Notes under the pieces: generated by a model
Database searches by the model: none
What the model was told of the DNA's origin: nothing
What the model saw: only the letters and a program-made list of their open reading frames with translations
Shown here: piece by piece, positions 1 through 14,121 of the stretch
How positions within the stretch are numbered: the stretch's first letter is position 1
How the letters are laid out: every line of letters begins with the position of its first letter
Translations under genes and position numbers: made by a program
Source: Azolla caroliniana
Taxonomy: Eukaryota > Plantae > Polypodiophyta
Direction: 5' to 3'
Assembly: GCA_043228905.1 (NCBI GenBank)
Contig: JBHGNT010000001.1
Coordinates: 30,752,001 to 30,816,000, forward strand
DNA length: 64,000 nt

Positions 1-1741
1 ATAGCCCTTGGAAGGCAAATAAGTGGTGGTTGTTTAGTCCAGGCCTAAAGTTAAAAGAACCGACTAGCATGGAGGATAGGGTGGCCCGCACCATAATGAG
101 GGCATGGTCAAGTTTAAGAGAAGGGTTGGCCTTAATGCAGCCAAAAACGATGGACCAACAACTCTGACAACTAATGTTTTGGAACCCTAGGATTAGAAGC
201 GAAGATGGTATGATGCTTAGATAGAAAAAAGACTTGCCATGGGGGAAGATGTTAGAGTACAATGTTAGTTCAGTAAGAGACTAGGGGGTTTTCAAAATGA
301 AGAGGAGGGAGGGTCAGGCTAGAAAAGGTGACCTAGTTGATAGATAAGGTTGTTGATGGTCTAACTAGGTTGAATGAAGAAGAGGGGGTGTGGTTTAATG
401 GTTTGTAGGTGAGGGTGATGCACAAATTATCCGTGGCAGGTGCCCATCCAATGAGTATTGTTTGTGGGGCAACCTAAGTACTTTGACAGACAATGGTTAG
501 TGGTTGGTAGTGCAGGTGGCAATGCTGGAAGGTAAGAAGTGGCAAGTAAACCCTAACCCTGGGAAGTTGGAAACTGATTGTAAACTTTGGACATTTGACA
601 ACAAGACCTTATGTGATTTGGAGTGGGATCCACTAGAGGTATGGTGGCAGAAACCGGGAACGAACAAACTTGAATGGTTTTTTGAGTACAATACTAAGCT
701 TGGAAGGCAAATCATTGGCTCCAAATCAATGGGTGCTGCTCAAACTCGCAATAGTTGGAGGGATAAAGGCATATCTAATGACTTGTTGAAGTCATTTTGG
801 AAGAGACTATGGGCATTCGATATGCCAGAAAAAATAAAGCTTTGGTTGTGGTTTCTTAGCCATAAGGCGGTACCTGTGGGGGACTGACTGAGGTGTCGTG
901 GTGGGGAGGTTGGTTGCAAGATATGTGGACACTCTTTGGAATCGATCCCTCACTATTTTTGGAATTGTGTAGAGGCGATTAACATTTGGGGTAGAAGTCC
1001 CAAGATCGTGGCAACATGCGATGTGAATGGGAGAGTTGTATGGGGGTCCTTACAAGGGCTGAATTTAACAGGGGAAGGTTGGGTGGAAGAATTAAACCCC
1101 CATGGTCATGGATTTATAGTGCAGGGTGGCAATGCGTTTCAATGTGCTGGACTTCGACCTGGCACAAACTCTGCATTTTTTGAGGAGATATTGATGATGG
1201 TGGCTTGCTTATTGGTCTGGCACATTTGGACCAGGCGTTGTAAGTTTGTTTTTCAACAACAAAAGCTTCCAAGCAGTGAGGTGTTGTTAAACATCTGGTT
1301 CGAGGTGGTATCTTGGTTGCGGGGACGGTATGACTCGATTTGGGGGGAATCGAATGAAGCAGAAAGAGCTCGGTCAAAGTTTCTGCTAAAATGGGGCAAT
1401 TCTCCTATGGTGGTCAGATCATCATCATGGCCTAAATGGAACTGCCAAGCACCCATATGGCTTTTTCCGCCAATGGCTTCCATTAGTGACCAGGAGTTGT
1501 AATATGTATAGCTATGTTATAAGTTAATTACCATGTTAAAAGAGTTGTTGGGATACTTTTGTTGTAAATGAGGGGTTGGGGACTATGATCACTTTGGTGA
1601 GAAGGCTAGAGTGAGTTTTGCGATGATCTTTGATGTACTTTGTTTGCTAAGTGATGTAGTCCATATGGAAGTAGGTAATGTCTAAAGTTGTGTATTGTAT
1701 GTCATTTTAAGTAATGGAGTATATTCTTCTTTGGAAAAAAA
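1..1741 (+). mobile_element. 3' end of a degenerate L1-type LINE (ORF2 C-terminus, zf-RVT region); truncated by the window edge
   Basis: ORFs 504-887 and 936-1502 read FWKRLWAFDMPEKIKLWLWFLSHKAVPVGD*..CKICGHSLESIPHYFWNC..VWHIWTRRCKFVF, the plant LINE zf-RVT signature, broken by stops. A short A-run at ~1735-1741 may be the tail. Confidence 0.8.
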
Positions 1742-3644
1742 GGTGTTATTTCATGTAATGGCACATAATATACATGTTTTGCTTTATGAAAATTTGAGTA
1801 CATTCAAGGGCGTCACTTGAAACAACTTTCTTTTCCCAAAACATGAAACAACTTATTATAGCTGATGTTTGGTACATTCAAATGATACTAATGAGTTGTT
1901 ATTTACTCCAAGTCAACCCATAATTTCTTATTACCAAAAGTGTGAATGTTATGCTACTTGGATTTACATTATGAGAGGTTATAAATTGAAGATTCTCTTT
2001 GAAATAATGCAATCGATTTCAAGAATGACATTTGTTTGAATGATTTAGTTAAGCTATCAAAATTTTGCATTAATCCAACATTTTTTAGAGTTGTTGAAAA
2101 TTTTAGACCATTGAATTGCACACACAAAAAAAAAAAAAGTATTCGCATTATTGATCTAAATAGGATACATTAAGCCAATCAAGTTAGCCTATTGTGAACC
2201 CTCTAAAACTAGTTATATGAGAAAGCTAGCACTTGTGAAGTAGAGCTTTTTATTAGTGAGAGAGAGCACTCTTGTACATGATCTCATATTAGCTATTGTG
2301 GATAGCAATGCCAACCACGAATTCTGGTATTTTTATTGTGAATTGAAGCTTCATATTTTATCATAGTGTTTTTTAGTGATGCATTATTGTCATAACCTTG
2401 CATTTGTCTATCTTCCTTCTTGTAGTCGTAGTACAAGATCTTTTGATCTTGAGGGATTAGGTCAAACCTTGAGTTGCCCTTAATCCAATTTGTATAACTT
2501 ATTGGTACCATATGATCATCTAATTGCGATACATAAAATGTCCTCTGCATGCGTAACAAATTCACATACTTGAGGTTATGAAAAAACCCTAGCTTGAATT
2601 ATATCATAGGAAATCTTGGAGGTTCAATATATCACCTTGATGCATCTGAATTAATGCTCCGAAGATGCAATGTTTTTAAGAAAATGTGAAACCTTGGTGT
2701 TCCTAAAGAAATAGTGTGTGCATGAATCATCTTTATTATTTAACTTTTTCTATAGGAAGTACACACATATTTTGACAATAAATACGTTGACTAATGATTT
2801 TCCCATGTATATACACAAAATGGAGAAAATTAGGTGTTAAAATGTAGCATTTTTCTTCTTCATAATTGCTATTGGTGCATGTTGACAATGTTGGTACAAA
2901 CCATAAACATTTTCTAACAATGTAAAGTTTAGACTATCTTTAAGAAACACAATTTCTAGGCAAGACTGTGCTATCCTATTTTACTTTTGCACTTGCCATA
3001 TAGTAAAACAAAACCAGGCATCAAGCATTAGAGATCACTCACATGATACAAACATGGTAAGCTACACATTGAAAGAGTACGGTGGTTATTTATTGATTGT
3101 AAAACGAGGTACGACGTTAACAGAGTTCAACTTTATCCTTTTAGGCGTAGTGGAGGTTATATGTGAATTTACTATGTTGAAACTCAACTCACCTCATGAT
3201 TTCAAGAAAGAAGGATATGAGCATAGTTAAGAGCCAATATATGTTGATGGTATCTTTGACACGGATGGTCATTTAAGAATTATAACTACTATGTTGAATA
3301 CATTGTATGTCAATGAAAGCAGTTAAATGTGTGATATATATTCCACCGAGAAACAAAAAGTAAAATTTAATCAAATCATTCTACATAAAGAGAGTTGTAT
3401 ACTTCTTTGCCTCTTGAGTTTTGACTTAGAAGTACGAATTAATATAAAGAAAATCTATTTTATTGTCTCTAGGATGTCAAGCATATGGAGAGCCACATTA
3501 AATGGGAACACATACATAAATGATGTTACGATACACGATATAACGAAATACATAATATAAGTTGTCTAAGATAGTTTGCCTATTTATCATAAAGAAAATC
3601 TACTTAATCAAATTTACGATGTCTAGCGTTTAACTCAAATTTAT

Positions 3645-3790
3645 AAGGACACGTGGAGATCCAATTTAAACTTAAAAGACATACATAAATGATACTAAGA
3701 TATACTGATCCAATTTACTTAATATAATGACACATGGAGATCCAATTTAAACTTAAAACACATACATAAATGATACTAAGATATACATAG
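3645..3790. repeat. Two-copy tandem duplication (~82-bp period)
   Basis: gacac(g/a)tggagatccaatttaaacttaaaa(g)acatacataaatgatactaagatatac occurs twice. Confidence 0.75.
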
Positions 3791-5120
3791 TGATATACAT
3801 AATGTAACTTGTCTAAGATAGTTTACTTCTTGGTGACTAGTAAAGAGTCAATTAGTTTCTTCATGGGTCCTTATGTTTAAGTGTAAATGTGAGGACAATT
3901 AAGTATAAAGGTTGGGTAAAACAATATTTGTTGAGCTTGACTTTGAGACCCACATCTTCAACATGCATTCTAAATTTCGGGTTCACTCATGGCATTATTA
4001 AGATGATTACTAAGGAGATTTCAAATGTAATTACACTTAGCAAGATATTGATTAAAGTGCAAAAGAGTTCATGTCAGAAAGATGTATTATTAGTTAATAT
4101 CATAAGGATGGATGCATATGGACCATACCTAAAAAAGCAAACAACATATATGCAATATTAAGATTGCTTTGTGGCCATGTTTGATCTAGAAAATGTATCT
4201 CGTCAATAGCAAATATTGTTATTAACTTAAGGATATTTGGAGATTATGTACATATCTTACAAGAAAAATCAATTCCTTTTATTGAAAATTAGAAAGGGAT
4301 AACATGCATCGCCTCTCCAATTTGATTTAGTAATTAATATTGTCTCACGTTTAACTTATGATGAGCATACATAGTTTGAACTAGAGTCACTTCTCTATAC
4401 TCTCTCATTGTGTGTATATGTGGACACAACTTATATATACTATACACAACATTATAATAAACAATTACTATACTACTATCATATGTAATATTTCCTTCTT
4501 CTTTTTCTTGCACAAGGGCTATACCATAGTGGTAAGACAAAATCAAGTAAACCATGCAACCATGTCTAAATCTTATTAGCCCATGTTCATATTTAATGCA
4601 AGAACATTACATGCTATTTCAAGGGCAGTTGCTTCTAGACAAACCTCTTTATTGTCTCAACAATCTCACCTCCTTTACCGTGACCAAATATTTGGGGGTT
4701 TTATTGATGATTTGATTTATTCTACTCTCAATGCTGAAGCTTATCGCCCACCATCTCACTGGTTGCCCCTTTCCCCCAAATTTGGGGTGAAATCTATTGC
4801 AACTGTTGAATGGTTGCTCAGTGGTAAATGAGTTTAGATTACAAAGACAACAATGTTATTCTATTAGAAACAACCAATCTTGAAAGAGTTTGTAATAGCT
4901 CGCTAATCGATGATCTTGTGCCGAAGATGAACGGGATCCCTGTCAAGAAAGGCAAAAGCTTGATCCAATGATGCTTATGGTATGTGGATTGTAAAATTCG
5001 CGAGTATTCATTATTTAACTAGACAAAGTAGTAAGAAGTGAAACAAAAAATAACATGATTGTCGGTCTACAAGATATATATAAGCTTTTGTAGACCAATC
5101 TAATGCATGATGAGCCCAAG

Positions 5121-5820
5121 TAGGAATTGGGAACAGTTCGGTTTAGGCTTAACCGGTTTGGCCTTATCCAAGCCAAACCGGTTAAGCCGAAACCGTTTTG
5201 GGGTTCTCAAACCGATCCCTAAACCGGTTTAGGAGCTGGCTTGTGAAGCGGTTTGGGACAAAAAACCTGAAGATACCCAAAAAACCACCACTACCACTTC
5301 CTCCTACTCTTCTTCTCCTCATCATAACTCCCACCCCCTCGGCCTTGCCACTGATGAGTCAAACTCAACTTCAAGTCCCACCTCCACGGCTCCCTCTTTG
5401 AGACTACTATGATTGGTCGGCTGACATCCATGAATCCCATACCTCCAACCACCCGAACCACGAGGCCCGAGGCTATGGCGACCTATCACTCTCGGGGATC
5501 CAATCCCCATCCAATCCTTCTCCAAAGAATGTATATAACATTGAACAACTCGGAGGTCCCCTAATCGTCCACTATACAAGCTCTCTCTCCCTCTCTGTCC
5601 CTCCCTCTCTTGTCACTCAACATTATCTTGCCTATGACTTCCTATCTCTTTGTCAACTTTCAAGTTCTAACTTCTAACTTCTAACTGTCTAAACCCTAAT
5701 TCTTAAATAATATAAATGGCTTAATCGGTTTGAGCCGGTTTTGCAATGCTAAAGCCTAAACCGAGCCTCTAAACCGGTTAAAACTGGTTTAGGCTTGAAC
5801 CGAGCCATTGCCTATCCCTA
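5121..5820. mobile_element. Non-autonomous hAT-type DNA transposon (MITE), 700 bp
   Basis: 8-bp TSD AGCCCAAG at 5113-5120 and 5821-5828. Imperfect TIRs: TAGGAATTGGGAACAGTTCGGTTT versus reverse-complemented TAGGGATAGGCAATGGCTCGGTTC. Clustered AACCG/CGGTT subterminal motifs typical of hAT elements. Confidence 0.85.
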
Positions 5821-8800
5821 AGCCCAAGAAAAAGGTTTTGTTTAGTATGTCCCATATTCCCCCAAAAATATAGATAGATCCCAACTAGACATGTCTATCA
5901 ATTATATCTTCAAAGTTATCTATGCTTAAAAAAACTTTGTGATTAAAGGGGGAAACCTTATGATACACATAATTTGTCATTGTAGGGAGTTATGTATAAG
6001 AGTGGGTTGACATTTTGCTTATCTATGATCTCAAACTTGTTTTCCATGCATCTCCAAATATTTCTGTTGTATCAATGGTTTTTTTTTTTTTGACAAAAAG
6101 ATACGCCCTGGTATTATAAAATCATGAGAAATACAAAAGTTGTGTTGGATATACTAACCGATTCCCTTGTACTCTCATCATGGCCGATTTGATGTGTATA
6201 TACAATAACCACACATGGTTTTTTGTACGTTGATGTTCAATATTCCTTGCTTGCTCCAAGCCCTGAGCTTGGGTTCATGACCCTTGATTTGTGAACTCAG
6301 GTTCCCCTTGATCTATGCATTATGGGCAGAAATTTCATTGCATCTTCATCAACATCCATGACATATTCATATTCATAGGTTGCAGATTCAGGTTCCCTTA
6401 TATACAACCACCATCAATATAGAAATCCTTAGAATTGTAATTCAAGGCATAACTGACTCCTTTCAAAATTAGCCTACAAGTATTCATTATAAGATTATGG
6501 ATTGATGATAAATTATGGTTGGATAAGTTGAACGTGTTTTGAGTGATTTGCAAACCACCTAAAAAGTTGGATATCTTATTGGTATTGATCAATATATTCT
6601 CAAGGCATCTCTTGTAGGGAGGTGTAGTGGGTCTAACTTGGACTTTGAACCACAATAACAATTGGCAATGGTTTGGTTTGAGTTAAAAATAAATTTACTT
6701 TGTATGTTAACAATTATAGTCTATTCTCAAAATAAATTATTATAACATTCCAATATTTTCTTCTTTGCTAAGTTTACGAAATAGTTTGTTATAAGTAGAA
6801 GAGTTTTGGTTGCAAAACTTATTGTCAAATAATTGTGCAAAAGTTAAAAAAAATATTGGTTTGCATAGAACTGTGAAACTACGTCGAAGCTAAACTGCAG
6901 TTTGGTTAAAACAAAATATTAATTTGCACAGAACTGTGAAACTATGTCGAAGGTAAACCGCAAAACCAAACAACAAGAACTAATCCCATGACTAAACCTC
7001 AAAATTGAGTCGCAAAACCACAAAAATGTGAAATTGAATCGCGAACAATGTGGTTCAAAGGCTCAACAAGTTGTAAATCTCTTAAAACGTTTGGTTTGGT
7101 CTTGGAAATCCTCAAATGGTTTGACATAAATAGTTTTTTTTAATATAAAATTATGCACCTTAGTATATATTACTTGAAAACTATACATAGAGAAAACAGA
7201 AGGAGACCTTTCTTCTCACTTCTTATTGTAAGATATAAAAACTACTACAAGCATCTGATCAAACAAATGATGTCATATATAAAACAAGTAGAGCAGTACT
7301 ATCAGCTATCCATCATAAAAGAAGGTATGTCATAATTCCACTTCGGACCAGTAATTGTATCCCAAATATAAGTGAAATCCTTGCCATCGATTCTTAAAAG
7401 CCACTTGTTGTTGCCACAGAACATCATCCGAACCCTTCAAATAATCATATTGACCACGTAGTGTGTGAAAAAATACCATCCATAATTCAATAAGCATAGT
7501 GTTGAGATGTATGTGAACATTGTTAAAAACATAATCATATCTCTCTTTCCATATTATCCAAAGAGCCAATGACGTAATAGTACGCCAAATAACCAGTTTT
7601 TTAATTTTGAACCGTTAAATAGAAGAAGGAAACAAGGTGAGAGAGAGGTGTCCATAAGAAAAATGAAAAACATGAGAAGCATGCGTACTTTCATACCTCA
7701 TCACCTCTCCATGAAGGACACCCCATAATATTGCACCCCAAGAGAAAATTGAACGAGAATAGTGTTGTCTCAGCAATAAAAACAACTTACTCCAAAATTG
7801 CTTGATCTTGGGACATAACCAAAACACATGCAAAATCGATTCAGTAGGTGCGCTACAATGCAATCCACAAGCATATTGTGATGTTGTCTCAACCAATCAC
7901 CAATAGGAAGAGCATAATGAGTTAACAACCAACGAAAACAAATAACTTTTTTAGGTAATTGGATACGCCACAACCATTTCCAAAATTTTGCAAGTTGCAA
8001 TTCATGCACATTATTCTCAAACTCGTGCTTCATTGCAACAGGGCATTTATACTTTGATTACAACAAATTTCTATCTAGCTTAACCGAATATTGGAAAAAC
8101 TCCAAATGTTTACCATTTCCACCAAAACTCGGCTTTTTCCATTGATAATCAGTCGGATCCCAGTCCAAATTATGAAGATGTTTTTTTTAAAATACCCATA
8201 ATGAGCATTACAACAAGCATTCTTGAAAGGGTGGATCCAAAGACCATTTTTTTCTCAATCTTGCAACTACTCGAATAGTTGAAGTGTTGGCGGACATTCA
8301 CACATGACGCAGAGTATACATGCCACAACCTACCATCATCATCAACATTAAAGTTGTCATAGCATCACCCTTAGCATTAGTTACTTTAGCTCGTAAAATA
8401 ACTTTTAAAGGAGAAAAAAACCAAACCATATCTGATTACTAGAGGGGGACCATGAAGCCATGAATTGTCCCAATGCCACTTGCATATCATTACACATAAT
8501 AGCACCTCCTCAAATTGAATGCATTGATAAAGATTGTAACGGTCGATTCATAACATGGCATCCCCATGAAAGAACATTACATGCAACTGATGCATCCAAA
8601 GAAGCCCAATTTAGACGAGGATGGCTACCAAGCAAAAAATCTCTCGCATCAAAGAAAAGAAAATTCTAGGTCAAAGGTCTCAACAAGTCATCCATTGTCC
8701 AAGGCATTTTCCGAACCAGAAATTTCTTAACATCAACCCAACTTGTGAGAATTTCATTAAAAAAATCTATCTTCTAGTAAGGTTGTTTTAAAGAAATGAA

Positions 8801-9234
8801 AATTCTGAATAAAAGCTCACCTTAATGAGGGTTGCCATACTCCACTTATTGTTGGACACATAGTAGACAACCTATGCATCATCAGTTGACTCCAAACACC
8901 TTGCATTGGCAATATAGCTCTACACACAAATTTAGAGAACAAAGCCTTACATTGTGATTCCGGATCCACCAACCCCAACCCACCATTTTGTAGCGGGGCA
9001 ATCAATACTGACCAAGCTACTTCAGGCCATTTATCCTAACCTGTTTTTCCTCCCCAAATGTAATTGTGAATAACACGTTGCACCTGCAAATACATGACCT
9101 AGCAAACAACGTAGTAGAAGCAATATACCAAATAGTTGCAAAAAGAACTTGATTAGCTACAATTACACGGCTTGCATATGCTAGGTCAACCGAATCCCAA
9201 AGCAACAATTTTCTCCTTAACTTTAGAGGTAGAG

Positions 9235-9689
9235 TATTATAGATCTTAGTACTAACGTAAGCTTAAGATAAGGATAATGAAAAGATAGATAGAAAGGAGA
9301 AAGAGAAAGAAGGGTGCCGATCCACCCGACCACCCCCGAGCGAAGGGATCGAGACGGACGCGAGCCTCGATCGGCGTCCCATACCACCGTCGTGGCGTCG
9401 AGTCGTACCTGGTGCTGGCGCGCTCGCTACAAGAGTTGACCCACCACACGAGCAGAGTCTCGATGTAGTCAAAAGATGATCAAATGAGGGTAGCTAGGCC
9501 TCTTATTTATAGCGAAACCCAAGGCCCCCAGGCAAGTTCACACTTGACCTAATGGGTTGTCTCAATCCCGAGGATTAAAAGTAATCCTCCCCTTCTTTAC
9601 ACTCTCATTTAACCCTCACACTTATCCACGTGTATAGATTACTACGGTAAATTCTTACCACGGGATATTATATGGTCATGCTCGTAACA
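9235..9689 (-). repeat. 3' LTR of the chromovirus
   Basis: On the - strand it begins TGTTACGAGC and ends GATCTATAATA. No difference from 15800-16254 seen by eye. TATA-like CTATAAATA at ~9505-9513. Confidence 0.95.
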
Positions 9690-12600
9690 TACTCCCCCTC
9701 TTTAAAACATTGCACTCTTGCAATGGAAAGTTAGGGAAGTTAGTTCTAAGAGTATTTTCGCGTTCCCATGTGGCATCTTTTATTGATTTATCCATCCATT
9801 TTATTTTGAATTCTCGGATTTCTTTAGTACGTAATTTTTTTGTTTTAACATCGAGAATTCTTTCTGGTACATGTGGTTTAGAAGATAATTCTTCAGAAGT
9901 AACCAGAGTTTCAGTTGTAACTGTATTGTCGCCAGAACCTAGAAGTTCTTTTAGACGACTCACATGAAAGACTGGATGAATTCCGACACCATCGGGAAGA
10001 GCGAGACGATAGGCTGATGACCCAATTCGTTTGAGGACTGTAAAAGGTCCACAAAACCGTGGGGCTAACTTAGCGCACTTACCTGTAGACAATGTCTTAG
10101 AATTGTGAGGTACACGTAAAAATACCTTCTGTCCAGGGTTGAATACACGAGGTTGCCTATGATGATCGGCATAAAAACGCGCTCTATCTTGAGCTGTTTT
10201 TATATTATCTCGTGCAATATGCAACATATCTTGCATATCCCGAAGAAAGTTTTGCGTACTTCGCAACTCATCATGATGTATAGTAACATCTATTGGGGCT
10301 CGTGGCTGAAAACCATACATCAACATAAAAGGACTATATCCCGTCGACGTATGCTTGGAGCTGTTATAAGCAAACTCCAAAATTGGGAGATAACATTCCC
10401 ATTTTGTTGGTTTTGCACCAACGTATGCTCGAAGCATGTCCTCAATAATTTGATTTACTCGTTCTGTCTGTCCATCGGATTGAGGATGATCCGTGGAGCT
10501 CATGCTCAACGTAGTTTCTAACTTCTTAAAGACCTGTGTCCAGAAGTCACTAGTAAACTTTGGATCTCGATCACTCACGATATCCATCGGTAACCCATAA
10601 AAACGAAACAATTCGTCAACGAATTGGTAAGCCAATTCAGGAGCTGTTACCGTGGTTTTAGTAGCAATAAATCTGGCCATTTTAGTTAGTCGATCAACGA
10701 CAACCCAGATGGCATCATGACCTTTTTGGGTGCGAGGAAGGCTAACGATAAAATCCATGGATATACTTTCCCACTTATTATTGGGAATGTCCAGGGGATG
10801 TAAAAGTCCTGCGACTTTAAGTCGCTCGGCTTTGTTAACCTGACACTGGTGACATTTAGTCACATAGCTATGTATGTCAGGACGCATCTTAGGCCAATAA
10901 AATTGAGTGGAGATGAGAACGAGTGTACGATGTATTCCAGGGTGCCCTGCTGAGGGTGCATCATGGCATTCAAAAAGAATCCTCTTTTTGACCTCGGGTA
11001 AATCTGGAACACAAACCTTCCCATTACGGTAGAGCAAACCGTTAGCAATGTGGAAGTATTCCTTCGAGGATGTGGTGGTGTCTGTTCCAGACTCAACTCT
11101 TGCCCAGTATTTTGCGAAATAACTGTCATCAGGATACTTTCCTCGAAGGTGATCATAAAGATCTGATGATATTTCAGTGAAGCTAAGCGTGTTAACTTCA
11201 CGGATGCGACTTAGTGCATCAGCGACAGTGTTCATGGAACCTTTACGATATCGTATGGAAAAATCAAAGTCCTGGATGAGATCAGCCCATCGTGCCTTAC
11301 GACCTTTCAGGTCTTGTTGGTCACAAAAATATTTCAAGGACTCGTGGTCCGTAGTTACCACAAAGTGATTTCCATAAAGATAATGGCGCCATGTTTTGAG
11401 CGCATGTATAACTGCAAATAATTCCTTTTCTTGAACGGTATACCGACATTGAGCAGAATCAAGTTTCTTACTCTCGAATGCTATTGGTTTACCATCTTGA
11501 TACAAGACAGCACCTATAGCATAATCGCTTGCATCGGTTTCAACCTCAAAAGGTTTTGAAGGATCGGGTAAAAGAAGTGAAGGAGCCTTGCAAACCAGGT
11601 CCTTGAGTTCCGTAAAGGCAAGGTCTAGTGTAGCATTCCACACAATAGGTTTTGTAGACTTACGCGTTTGACCTTTTAAAAGATCAGTAAACGGCGTCGT
11701 CAATTGGGAGTAATTACGAAGAGACTTTCGCAAAAACCCCACAAAACCAAGGAATGATCGAACTTCTCGAATATTCCGAAGAGTGGGCCAAAGCTTGATT
11801 TTCTCAATGCGAGAAGGATCAATTTCAACTCCTCGTTCGGTTATGAGATGTCCTAGATAAGTAATTGATTTCTTGAAGAACTCACATTTTGAGATCTTCG
11901 CATAAAACTGTTTGTCACGCAATGTTTGTAAAACAAAGCGGACATGTCTAGCATGTTCTTGTAATGTACGGCTATAAACTAAAATATCATCCAAGAAAAT
12001 AACGACAAATTTTCCAAGTTGTTCTCGGAAAATGTCATTCATTTCTTGTTGAAAAGTAGCCGGAGCATTGGTCAAACCAAAAGGCATAACCAAAAACTCG
12101 TAATGGCCATAGCGTGTACGAAATGCCGTTTTAGGAACATCGTCCTCACTTATTCGTATTTGATGGTAGCCAGTACGGAGATCAAGTTTCGTAAAATACC
12201 GAGCTCCCTGGAGACGGTCAATTAGATCGTCAGCCCGGGGCAATGGATACGAATTCTTGATCGTCACTTTATTCAAGCGTCGGTAATTAATACACATACG
12301 CCATGTGCCCTCTTTCTTTTTAACCAAGAGAACTGGTGCACCCCATGGAGATTTACTATAACGTATATAACCCATTCGTAAATAGTCCTTGAGTTGCTTA
12401 GATACCTCATCTTCTTCGGATCGACTTAAGCGATACGGAGGTATACTTATTGGTGCAACACCAGGTACAATATCTATACGATGGTCTATATTACGTTTAG
12501 GAGGTAACCCATCAGGTAGTTCACTTGGAAAAACATCATGAAAATCATTTAAGATTTCATCAAGTTGTTGTTGTTCAAAATATGTTAGTTGAATCGGGAC

Positions 12601-14109
12601 ATTATCGATATTGTAAACGTGAATGTCCGGATCAAGTACACAATAAAATAACGTAGAACAAGACAACTCGGATATTGATGGACACGAGGAAACAATCGAG
12701 AGGGATTGTTTTTTTACACATTGAATAAAATGCGTACAATTGTTCAGTACAAAAGAAATGGAATGACGAACCCAATCAATAAATAAAGAAGAGTTTTTAT
12801 TATAAAACCAGGGATAACCCAGTATTACATCGGTGGTACAAAGATTCATTACATGGAAGTCTACTTCCTCTATATAAGTATCAATAGAAATTCCTAATGA
12901 ATGAATCGCCCCGTTGATGTATTGTACTCTTCCATCAGCCAAGTGCACCGTGTAGGTGTGATCACTTACGGTGGGTTGGATTCCCCATATCTGAACCAAA
13001 CGATCATTCACAAAATTGTGTGAGCTTCCCGAATCAAATAAAAATTGTACGGGAGATCCATTGATATACCCGTTTGCACGTAGTAAATCATTGGGACCCA
13101 ATACATAGTGAGGGAAAGAACATTGACAATTACTTAAATGATGTGTATAGACCTGAAGGACATTAGGAATCTGACCTTTATGGTCTGCAGCTTTAGCTTT
13201 GTTGTCGTGCTCTTTCCGTTGGAGCTTTCGACATTGATCTTTTGTATGACCCTTCTTTTTGCAGAATACACAAAAAGGATGTTGTCGCTTACAATCGCGA
13301 TCCAGGAATTCGTTGGGTGTCTTGCGTTTCCCAACAAATTGCGACTGCTTAGTCCCGGGCGCTTCGTTGGGTTTGTTATGGTCCTTCTTCGAAGTGCGTT
13401 GATAGCGAAGAACTATTTCAACGGCCTCTTCGAAGGATTTTGGATCCTTATCGTGCACTATCCAGTGATAGTCCGAATTGGGGATGCCATTGACAAAACA
13501 AGCTATCAACCAATTGTCCCCTTCTAGACCCGATTTTTGGATTTGGGTTCTAGCATGGTGAACATAGTCTTCTAGCGAGGAAAATTTCCTGCTAGAGAGG
13601 TTCATTAAAGCTTGTGCTGCCTCGGTTCGAGAGGGAGGTTGCAGAAATTGGCCCTTAAAAACCGTGACAAAATCTGTCCAGGTATCGGGCAATTTCCCCA
13701 TAGTACGGAGGCCACGCCACCAGGCGGCGGCCTTACCCCCGAGTTCTCGGCCGACATATGCAATCTTCGTACTATCTGGCGTGGGATAGAGCTCAAAATG
13801 AGACTCCCATCGTCCCAGCCATGTGCAGATTGCTTCTTCGGTTCTTTCCTTTTTGTCTCCCGTAAATGGCTTAACGACAAATGATGGTTCACCTTGTCGC
13901 TCATCAGGTCTATTAGTCTCACGTTGTAGGCTAATGACACGTGCCTCAAGAGCACTCTGAGATTGCCGAAGTTCGGTCATCTGTTGAGCGGTGAAACTAA
14001 GGAATTGGGTTATTTGTGCCAAATACATCTCAGTGGACATTTGTCCAGGAGGATTCCCTTGAGTTCCTTCCGCTTGAGCGGATGACATCGGGTCGTTAAT
14101 TTGAGCCAT
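9676..14109 (-). CDS. Gag-Pol polyprotein, 1477 aa (Gag, CCHC knuckle, protease, RT, RNase H, integrase, chromodomain)
   Basis: [14 protein letters not shown]; [10 protein letters not shown]; [30 protein letters not shown]; [13 protein letters not shown]; [12 protein letters not shown]; SMDF..SDRD..TERVN; [20 protein letters not shown]. The stop codon lies inside the 3' LTR. Confidence 0.97.
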   Translation of the reverse strand: MAQINDPMSSAQAEGTQGNPPGQMSTEMYLAQITQFLSFTAQQMTELRQSQSALEARVISLQRETNRPDERQGEPSFVVKPFTGDKKERTEEAICTWLGRWESHFELYPTPDSTKIAYVGRELGGKAAAWWRGLRTMGKLPDTWTDFVTVFKGQFLQPPSRTEAAQALMNLSSRKFSSLEDYVHHARTQIQKSGLEGDNWLIACFVNGIPNSDYHWIVHDKDPKSFEEAVEIVLRYQRTSKKDHNKPNEAPGTKQSQFVGKRKTPNEFLDRDCKRQHPFCVFCKKKGHTKDQCRKLQRKEHDNKAKAADHKGQIPNVLQVYTHHLSNCQCSFPHYVLGPNDLLRANGYINGSPVQFLFDSGSSHNFVNDRLVQIWGIQPTVSDHTYTVHLADGRVQYINGAIHSLGISIDTYIEEVDFHVMNLCTTDVILGYPWFYNKNSSLFIDWVRHSISFVLNNCTHFIQCVKKQSLSIVSSCPSISELSCSTLFYCVLDPDIHVYNIDNVPIQLTYFEQQQLDEILNDFHDVFPSELPDGLPPKRNIDHRIDIVPGVAPISIPPYRLSRSEEDEVSKQLKDYLRMGYIRYSKSPWGAPVLLVKKKEGTWRMCINYRRLNKVTIKNSYPLPRADDLIDRLQGARYFTKLDLRTGYHQIRISEDDVPKTAFRTRYGHYEFLVMPFGLTNAPATFQQEMNDIFREQLGKFVVIFLDDILVYSRTLQEHARHVRFVLQTLRDKQFYAKISKCEFFKKSITYLGHLITERGVEIDPSRIEKIKLWPTLRNIREVRSFLGFVGFLRKSLRNYSQLTTPFTDLLKGQTRKSTKPIVWNATLDLAFTELKDLVCKAPSLLLPDPSKPFEVETDASDYAIGAVLYQDGKPIAFESKKLDSAQCRYTVQEKELFAVIHALKTWRHYLYGNHFVVTTDHESLKYFCDQQDLKGRKARWADLIQDFDFSIRYRKGSMNTVADALSRIREVNTLSFTEISSDLYDHLRGKYPDDSYFAKYWARVESGTDTTTSSKEYFHIANGLLYRNGKVCVPDLPEVKKRILFECHDAPSAGHPGIHRTLVLISTQFYWPKMRPDIHSYVTKCHQCQVNKAERLKVAGLLHPLDIPNNKWESISMDFIVSLPRTQKGHDAIWVVVDRLTKMARFIATKTTVTAPELAYQFVDELFRFYGLPMDIVSDRDPKFTSDFWTQVFKKLETTLSMSSTDHPQSDGQTERVNQIIEDMLRAYVGAKPTKWECYLPILEFAYNSSKHTSTGYSPFMLMYGFQPRAPIDVTIHHDELRSTQNFLRDMQDMLHIARDNIKTAQDRARFYADHHRQPRVFNPGQKVFLRVPHNSKTLSTGKCAKLAPRFCGPFTVLKRIGSSAYRLALPDGVGIHPVFHVSRLKELLGSGDNTVTTETLVTSEELSSKPHVPERILDVKTKKLRTKEIREFKIKWMDKSIKDATWERENTLRTNFPNFPLQECNVLKRGSMLRA
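9690..9703 (-). other. Polypurine tract
   Basis: AAAGAGGGGGAGTA directly upstream of the 3' LTR TG on the - strand. Confidence 0.9.
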
Positions 14110-14121
14110 TAAAGATTATTT

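Noticed and set aside
1745-5100. Possible decayed transposon coding fragments
   Set aside because: No motif that I can assign with confidence.
9252-9472. Duplicated 65-aa and 69-aa ORFs (also at 15817-16037)
   Set aside because: Chance ORFs inside the two LTRs.
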